Assembly: GCA_963792855.1 (NCBI GenBank)
Contig: CAWBXZ010000005.1
Span: 366,492 to 430,491, forward strand
Length of the DNA: 64,000 nt
Origin: an uncultured beta proteobacterium
GTDB lineage: Bacteria > Pseudomonadota > Gammaproteobacteria > Burkholderiales > Eutrophovitaceae
Direction of reading: 5' to 3'
Part shown: positions 58,235 through 64,000 of the stretch, in pieces
How positions within the stretch are numbered: position 1 is the stretch's first letter
Layout: each line of letters opens with the position of its first letter
The notes under the pieces: model-generated
What the model saw: only the letters and a program-made list of their open reading frames with translations
The model's database searches: none
Told to the model about the DNA's origin: nothing
Program-made: the position numbers and the translations under genes

Positions 58235-60030
58235 ACGCGTTCACCCTGTCTCCCCTGCTGGTGGGCGCGGCAGTTGCGGCGGTAGTCGCGGCAGTCGTGC
58301 TTTTATACCTGCTTCGTCCGCCGGCGCGGCAGCAGAGCGTATCGTCAAATCTGATCTGGCAACGGGTACTTAAGACCTATCGGCGCGTATCGGATCGCTG
58401 GCGCTGGTGGCTGTCGCTGCTGATTGCATCGGTTGCCTGCGTGTGCATCGTGCTTGCGGTGGTGCGGCCTGGAACGGATGCCAACGCGGGCAGCGGAAAG
58501 GCGATTGTCGTCGTAGACAATGCGCCGACGATGGCGACGCGTACCAGCAGCGGTGCGCAACGTTTCGACGTCGCCAAACAGCGCGCTGTCTCGCTGATCG
58601 AGGATTTTCCTGCGGCGACACAGGTGATGGTGGTCGACACGCAACGCCGGCTTGTTACGCCAGCATTCGAATCGCGCAAGGATGCTGTCGAGACAGTGAC
58701 TGCCTTGCAGTTGGGTCAGTCGTTCCAGCCGATTGTGCCCTCGGCCATTGCGTTTGTTCCGGCCGAGCACCGCTACTTGGTCACCGACGGGGTGCTGTTG
58801 GGCGCCCCGCCTTCCGATTTTGTTCCCGTTTCCGTGTTCGAACCGGCGAATAACCTGGGAATCACCGCTTTTGATTTCGACAATGTTCCGGGTGATACGG
58901 CGCGGCGCGAAGCGTTCGTAGAGGTTTTCAACGCCGGCAGCGAAAGCAGAACGACCGAGATTGTCATCAGCGGCATCGGTGAGCAAAGGGTGGCTCGCGA
59001 AATCTCCGTTCCGGCAAACAGCGTCTCCAGTCACGTTTTTGACCTTTCGGACTTTGCCGGAGGGCCGATACGCGCGGCGCTGACGGCAACCGAAGACGGT
59101 TATCCGGGCGATGATGTCGCTTATGGCTACCTCGCCTCGAGGCGCATCGTTCGCGTCACCCTGGTGAGCGGACCGGGGCTGGAATATTTTTCCAAGTCGT
59201 TGGGGGCTCAGCCGCGCGTGCGTCTCAATGTCATATCGCCGCGCCGTTACATGGATCAGGCAGTGGGCGACACGGCGGGAACAGATATCTATGTGTTCGA
59301 CCGTTTCGTTCCAGCGGAGCCGCCCGCAGTGCCGTCTCTTGTGATTGCGGCAAAACCGGCGGGCTGGCTGCCGGCGCGCGCGGGTGACGCCAGCTACCCG
59401 GAGATACTGGCAACGGACAGCAGGCACCCGGTCTTGCGCAACCTGTCGCTGCGCGACCTCTATATCGAGACCGGTAACTACCTGCAGGCGGCGGAGGATC
59501 GCTCGACAACGGTGTTGCTGCGTGGCGGCGATGGCAAGGCGCTGGCGGTCGCGCATGATGGCGCGAAGCGCTGGGTGGCGCTGGGTTTCGATGTTGCCGA
59601 TTCCAACTTCGGATTACTGCCCGCTTTCCCGTTGTTTCTGGGAAACAGCATCAACTGGCTGGCCGATGAACCGGAAATCGTTCGCGCGCAACCCGGCATC
59701 ATAGCGGTGCCGTTCGAGGATGCACGTGTACTGGCGATGGACGGTGCGGCGTTACCGGTCACCACAGTCGACGGCCGCAGTTTTTTCGAGGCAGCGCAAC
59801 CAGGCCTGTATACGGCGACCGGTCATGACCGTCCGCTGCGCATTACCGTCAACTTGCTGGACCGGCGTATCAGCAACGTAAACCAGAGCGCTGTGCCCAC
59901 TGCTGCTGCACCCGCCGAAGCCGGGACGGTTAGCGCAGTTCCGTTTAGCCTGTCAGCGCTGCTGTTGATGCTGGTGGCCGGATTGCTGTGCGTCGAATGG
60001 CTCGCTTATCACCGTCGTATTACCGTGTGA
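58231..60030 (+). CDS. BatA-like membrane protein (N-terminal double-TM, degenerate VWA core, C-terminal TM anchor)
   Basis: GTGA overlap with DUF58. The N-terminus FTLSPLLVGAAVAAVVAAVVLLYLLRPP...SSNLIW is typical of BatA_N. Has VVVDNAPTM in place of DxSxS, and a C-terminal LSALLLMLVAGLLCVEWLAYHRR. Confidence 0.7.
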   Translation: MNAFTLSPLLVGAAVAAVVAAVVLLYLLRPPARQQSVSSNLIWQRVLKTYRRVSDRWRWWLSLLIASVACVCIVLAVVRPGTDANAGSGKAIVVVDNAPTMATRTSSGAQRFDVAKQRAVSLIEDFPAATQVMVVDTQRRLVTPAFESRKDAVETVTALQLGQSFQPIVPSAIAFVPAEHRYLVTDGVLLGAPPSDFVPVSVFEPANNLGITAFDFDNVPGDTARREAFVEVFNAGSESRTTEIVISGIGEQRVAREISVPANSVSSHVFDLSDFAGGPIRAALTATEDGYPGDDVAYGYLASRRIVRVTLVSGPGLEYFSKSLGAQPRVRLNVISPRRYMDQAVGDTAGTDIYVFDRFVPAEPPAVPSLVIAAKPAGWLPARAGDASYPEILATDSRHPVLRNLSLRDLYIETGNYLQAAEDRSTTVLLRGGDGKALAVAHDGAKRWVALGFDVADSNFGLLPAFPLFLGNSINWLADEPEIVRAQPGIIAVPFEDARVLAMDGAALPVTTVDGRSFFEAAQPGLYTATGHDRPLRITVNLLDRRISNVNQSAVPTAAAPAEAGTVSAVPFSLSALLLMLVAGLLCVEWLAYHRRITV

Positions 60031-60043
60031 CCCGCCTGCTGCC

Positions 60044-62632
60044 ATGAATATCAGTTTCGACGCTCCGTGGGTACTCGCCCTGCTACTGGTTCTTCCGCTG
60101 GTCTGGGGGGTTGCGTTTCGCACGCGCACCAATCTCTCGCGGCGACACCTCGCGGTGGTCGCGACGTTCCGATCACTGGCGCTTGCGATGATCGTTGTGG
60201 CGCTGTCCCAACCCGTTTGGCACGGTAGCACGCGGGAGATATCGGTCGTGTATGCGCTCGATGTATCGCGCAGTGTCGCTGCGGACTTTGTCGACGATGC
60301 CTTGCAATGGATCGATGCGGCGGAGCAAGAGCACGAGCCGGCGCATTCGCGTCTGGTCGTATTCGCGAAGCAACCTGCGGTCGTTGCAGATACAGCGGCG
60401 GCGCGGGAATTGCAGATTGTTGAGGCCGCCACCGAAGGTGCCATGAACGGGCAGGGCGCTGGTGGCATTGTCCAATCGGCGACCGATGTCGAAGCCGCTC
60501 TGGACGAATCGCTGGGTGCGCTGATGCGCGACAGCGTCAAGCGTATTGTGCTGCTTAGCGACGGAAATGAAACGAACGGGTCGGTCGCGAACGTGTTTCC
60601 CAGGCTCAAGCAAGCTGGCGTGCGCGTATTCGCACTGCCGGCGAAGCCTTACGGCTCGGGTGACGTCTGGCTCGACGGCATCGAAGTGCCGGAACGTCTG
60701 CGAAGTAACGAACCGGTGTTGATCGAAGTACGCGTTTTCAGTCCGGATAGCACGTCTGCGCAGGTGTCGCTGTCGAGCGGAGGGCGTACTCTGGCGCGCA
60801 AGCGCACACAACTGAAAAAAGGAATAAACCGCGTCAACTTCGACGCGCGCATGCCGCAGCCCGGTGCGGTGACGCTTACGGCACTGGTGCAAGCTGACGG
60901 TGACGCAGTCGAATACAACAACAGTCTGGAAATATCGGCGTGGGTTGGCGACAAGGCCAGAGTGCTCTATATCGAAGGCATGCAGGGGACTTCGGGATAT
61001 CTCGCCGATGCATTGCGCAAGGAGGGGCTTGAGGTTGACGTTGCCGGAGTGCAACGCGCCGGCAGCCTGCAGAACCTGCTTCGTTACGATGCGGTCATCG
61101 TCTCCGATGTCCCGGCGAGCGAGTTTTCTGCGCAGACGATGCTGGCGATACAGTCGTATGTGCGCGACCACGGCGGCGGGTTGGTTTTCGCAGGCGGCGA
61201 AAATACGTTCGGCGAGCAGGGTTACAGTGGCTCGTCCATGGAAGCCGTTCTCCCGGTGGAATTCAAGGCGCAGGAAAAGCGCAAGGACATCGCGCTGGTG
61301 ATTGCCATTGACCGTTCCTACAGCATGAAGGGACGCAAGATGGAGTATGCGAAAGAGGCGGCACGGGCAGCTCTCGATCTGCTCGAGGAACAACATTATT
61401 TCGCCGTCGTCGCTTTTGATTCGCAGCCCTACGTCGCCGTGCCGATGCATCAGGTGCGCTCCAAACGCAAGGCCGAAGCACAGATCAGCCGCATACAGGC
61501 CAGTGGCCAGACCAACATTTATCCGGCGATGGGGATTGTTTACCGGCTGCTGCGAGAAGTCGATGCGCGCACCAAGCATGTGATTCTGCTGTCCGACGGC
61601 GACACCCATCCGGCTGATTTCCAGAGATTACTGGAGCGCATGCGGGAAAAAGACATCGTCGTTTCAACGGTGACCATCGGCGATGGCGGCAACCCGGGGC
61701 TCATGCAGGATATTGCCATGTGGGGAGAAGGGCGAAACTACATTGCCGCAAATGCGGAATCGATACCGCAAATCTTTACCGAAGAGACGAAAAAAGTCGT
61801 TGGTACCAACCTGGTGGAAGAGGCGATCCTGCCTGTCGTCAAACAACGCTCGCATGCGTTGTCCGGAATCGATTTCGCGGATGCGCCAGCGCTGGGCGGC
61901 CACATCTCGGTGAAAGCAAGGGAAACTGCGGAAGTGCTGCTGGCGACGCAGCAAGGCGCACCGTTGCTGACGCGGTGGCAATATGGACTTGGCAAGACCG
62001 TGCTTTTTTCGTCGGACGTGAAGAATCGCTGGTCGGCGCAATGGGTGGAGTGGAAGGATTACGGTAAATTGTGGGCGCAACTGGTGCGCGGTGTGATGCG
62101 TCAGGAGGGTTCGGAAGCGGTTGCGTTCTCGCTCGAACACGATGGAGACGATGCCGTGATCGAGTTGACATTACTGACCGAGGAAGGGTTTTTCCGCGAC
62201 GGGCTGTCGCCAGTTGTGCGCGTGCAGCGCGGCGCGCAGGACGAACAGACCTTGCCGTTGCGCCAGGTCGGGCCAGGCGTTTATCACGCAAGGACAGGCT
62301 TTGGTGGGGCGGAGATGATCACTGCGGATCTCAAGACGGGCGGGGGCATCGACACGCGCACCGTTGAGCGTGCCGGCACTCGCACGATCTTTCCCGGCTT
62401 TCCCGCGGAGTTTCGTTCATTACCGCCGAATATCGCCTTGCTGCAAACAATCGCTGCGGAAACCGGCGGCAAGCTTGGTCCTTCATCCGAGGAAATATTC
62501 GACCCCGGTGACGACATCGGCAAGCGGGCCACGGCGCTATGGCCATGGCTCGCATTCGCGGCGCTATTGTTTTACCTCACGGACATTCTGCTGCGCCGGT
62601 TACCTTACGCCTGGCGTCGGCTGGGGTCTTGA
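60044..62632 (+). CDS. membrane protein with two VWA domains flanking a GATase1/ThuA-like domain
   Basis: N-terminal TM pair. MIDAS 1 VYALDVSRSV and MIDAS 2 VIAIDRSYSM with ...ILLSDGD. The middle has RVLYIEG...YDAVIVSDV...HGGGLVFAGGENTFG. C-terminal TM LWPWLAFAALLFYLTDILL. Confidence 0.8.
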   Translation: MNISFDAPWVLALLLVLPLVWGVAFRTRTNLSRRHLAVVATFRSLALAMIVVALSQPVWHGSTREISVVYALDVSRSVAADFVDDALQWIDAAEQEHEPAHSRLVVFAKQPAVVADTAAARELQIVEAATEGAMNGQGAGGIVQSATDVEAALDESLGALMRDSVKRIVLLSDGNETNGSVANVFPRLKQAGVRVFALPAKPYGSGDVWLDGIEVPERLRSNEPVLIEVRVFSPDSTSAQVSLSSGGRTLARKRTQLKKGINRVNFDARMPQPGAVTLTALVQADGDAVEYNNSLEISAWVGDKARVLYIEGMQGTSGYLADALRKEGLEVDVAGVQRAGSLQNLLRYDAVIVSDVPASEFSAQTMLAIQSYVRDHGGGLVFAGGENTFGEQGYSGSSMEAVLPVEFKAQEKRKDIALVIAIDRSYSMKGRKMEYAKEAARAALDLLEEQHYFAVVAFDSQPYVAVPMHQVRSKRKAEAQISRIQASGQTNIYPAMGIVYRLLREVDARTKHVILLSDGDTHPADFQRLLERMREKDIVVSTVTIGDGGNPGLMQDIAMWGEGRNYIAANAESIPQIFTEETKKVVGTNLVEEAILPVVKQRSHALSGIDFADAPALGGHISVKARETAEVLLATQQGAPLLTRWQYGLGKTVLFSSDVKNRWSAQWVEWKDYGKLWAQLVRGVMRQEGSEAVAFSLEHDGDDAVIELTLLTEEGFFRDGLSPVVRVQRGAQDEQTLPLRQVGPGVYHARTGFGGAEMITADLKTGGGIDTRTVERAGTRTIFPGFPAEFRSLPPNIALLQTIAAETGGKLGPSSEEIFDPGDDIGKRATALWPWLAFAALLFYLTDILLRRLPYAWRRLGS

Positions 62633-62863
62633 GCCCGACTGAGTAACGGTGACCCTTGCAGGAGTTGTCGATCGGCAGCAGCAGATTGCCGGCACAGGCC
62701 ACGCTGCAACGCGGACCGGTTTTCGGGGCTTTTCCAGAGCAGGCTGCTAAACTTCGATACACACCCTGCTGCCCGGGGTGTGAATTTTGCGTAATTGATC
62801 TGGCTGCCCACCAGAAACGTTGCTGCAGTACAACGTCGTTGCAATACAGTTAAGGAGATCCGC

Positions 62864-64000
62864 ATGCGTCGCTTATCGGCCCTTTTGATTCTGTTTTCGG
62901 TATCGCTTCATGCCGGTGCTGACATGCTCAAGGGCTATGAGGCCTATCAGAAAGAGGATTACCAAACCGCCGTGACCGAGTTCCGCAAGGCGGCGGAGCA
63001 GGGCGAAGCCCTTGCACAGTTTTATCTGGGCGAGTGCTACTTCAACGGCCGTGGCGTGCCGCAGGATTTTGCCTCTGGCATCAACTGGTATACCCGGGCC
63101 GCAGAGCAAGGACAGCTTGAAGCCCAGGAAACGCTCGGAGGGATTTATTTTTTCGGCAAGGGCGTAGCTGTTGATTATGCGCTTGCTGCCAAGTGGTACT
63201 CAGGCCCGGCCGAGGATGGTAAAGCGTATCCGGCGTTTTTGCTTGGCTATCTGTATGACCAGGGGCAGGGTGTCTCCCAGGATTCGTCCAAAGCCGCAAA
63301 GTACTATCGTATCGCTGCGGAAAAAGACAACCGCGATGCGCAAGAGGCGCTGGCGGCCCTGTATTTTTTCGGTCGCGGCGTCAATCAGGACTACGCTGAG
63401 GCCGCCAAGTGGTATGAAAAAGTTGCAGCCGAGGGCCGTTCGTATCCGCAGTACCTGATGGGCTGGATGTACGAAAACGCCCAGGGCCTTGCAGCCGACC
63501 CTGCCAAGGCGGCCGAGTGGTACCGCAAAGCCGCCGAGCAGGGCGAGGCACGGGCTCAGGCAAGTCTCGGTTTTCTGTACGCACAAGGCAATGGCGTTTC
63601 GCAGGATGATGCCGCCGCGCTGCAATGGTTTCTCAAGGCAGCCGAGCAGGGCGAGACGTCCGTGTATTCGAGCCTCGCCTGGGCCTATCACCAGGGCAAG
63701 GGCACAACGGTCGATGACGCGCAGGCAGCCGGCTGGTTCGAGAAGGCGGCCGCGACAGGCGATATGCAGGCGAAATACATGCTCGGTTACCTGTACGAGG
63801 AAGGCCGGGGCGTTGCGAAGAGCGGCGAGTCCGCGGCCCGGTGGTATCGCGAAGCAGCCGAAGGCGGCAGCGTTGAGGCGATGGAAGCGCTGGGCGCGTT
63901 GTACTTCTTTGGAAACGGCGTCGCGCAGGATTACGGTCAGGCTGCGAAATGGTATCGCGAACCCGCACAACAGGGCGGCACATACGCGCAGTACCTGATG
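62864..64000 (+). CDS. secreted Sel1-repeat (SLR/TPR-like) protein, 5' part (runs off the 3' edge)
   Basis: Not in the ORF track because there is no stop in the window. RBS AAGGAG at 62852-62857, ATG at 62864 and signal peptide MRRLSALLILFSVSLHA. At least 9 consecutive 36-aa repeats of the form A..LG.LY..G.GV.QDY..AAKWY.KAAEQG. I checked by hand that the frame stays open to 64000. Confidence 0.85.
   Translation, partial: MRRLSALLILFSVSLHAGADMLKGYEAYQKEDYQTAVTEFRKAAEQGEALAQFYLGECYFNGRGVPQDFASGINWYTRAAEQGQLEAQETLGGIYFFGKGVAVDYALAAKWYSGPAEDGKAYPAFLLGYLYDQGQGVSQDSSKAAKYYRIAAEKDNRDAQEALAALYFFGRGVNQDYAEAAKWYEKVAAEGRSYPQYLMGWMYENAQGLAADPAKAAEWYRKAAEQGEARAQASLGFLYAQGNGVSQDDAAALQWFLKAAEQGETSVYSSLAWAYHQGKGTTVDDAQAAGWFEKAAATGDMQAKYMLGYLYEEGRGVAKSGESAARWYREAAEGGSVEAMEALGALYFFGNGVAQDYGQAAKWYREPAQQGGTYAQYLM

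Noticed and set aside
63200-63970. 256-aa minus-strand ORF in the last kilobase
   Set aside because: It is the antisense shadow of the Sel1-repeat gene, which has an RBS, a signal peptide and regular 36-aa repeats on the plus strand.

Overview
Chromosomal window from a GC-rich proteobacterium whose gene order looks Betaproteobacteria/Pseudomonas-like. Bases 1-36.7 kb are ordinary, well-conserved housekeeping DNA. They hold the end of the dcw cluster (murB'-ddl-ftsQ-ftsA-ftsZ-lpxC), a DUF721/M23/secA/argJ block, and DUF815 plus a MutT-ThiE fusion. They also hold yacG-zapD-coaE-pilD-pilC, a CorC-type transporter, ypjD-like/ffh, and rpsP-rimM-trmD-rplS. The block ends with a TAXI-TRAP transporter, ogt-xerD-plsY, tsaD, and rpsU-yqeY-dnaG-rpoD followed by a tRNA(CAU). 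Conserved synteny stops after the tRNA. From about 36.7 to 50.1 kb there is an accessory-looking patch. It contains a MarR regulator, three secreted or lipoproteins of unknown function (one with HExxH), and a roughly 1,070-aa MalT-like STAND NTPase-TPR-SARP regulator split by a frameshift. It also contains a lipoprotein, a cNMP-binding protein plus outer-membrane barrel pair, YciI, two tandem FGE-fold proteins without the catalytic cysteines, a Cys-less TlpA-like protein, RidA and a hyper-acidic small protein. I saw no integrase, transposase or att duplication there. From 50.5 to 64 kb the window carries a ClC channel, an FMN 2-hydroxyacid dehydrogenase and a sulfatase-fold protein with nearly all catalytic residues substituted. 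These are followed by a five-gene, translationally coupled MoxR AAA+/DUF58/multi-VWA membrane operon (Bat-like) and a secreted Sel1-repeat protein that runs off the 3' edge. My best candidates for something under-described are the MoxR/VWA envelope module with its dead-sulfatase neighbour, and the STAND-SARP regulator patch. No CRISPR array, rRNA, IS element, prophage or recognisable canonical defence system was seen. All family assignments come from motif reading by eye, not from database searches.
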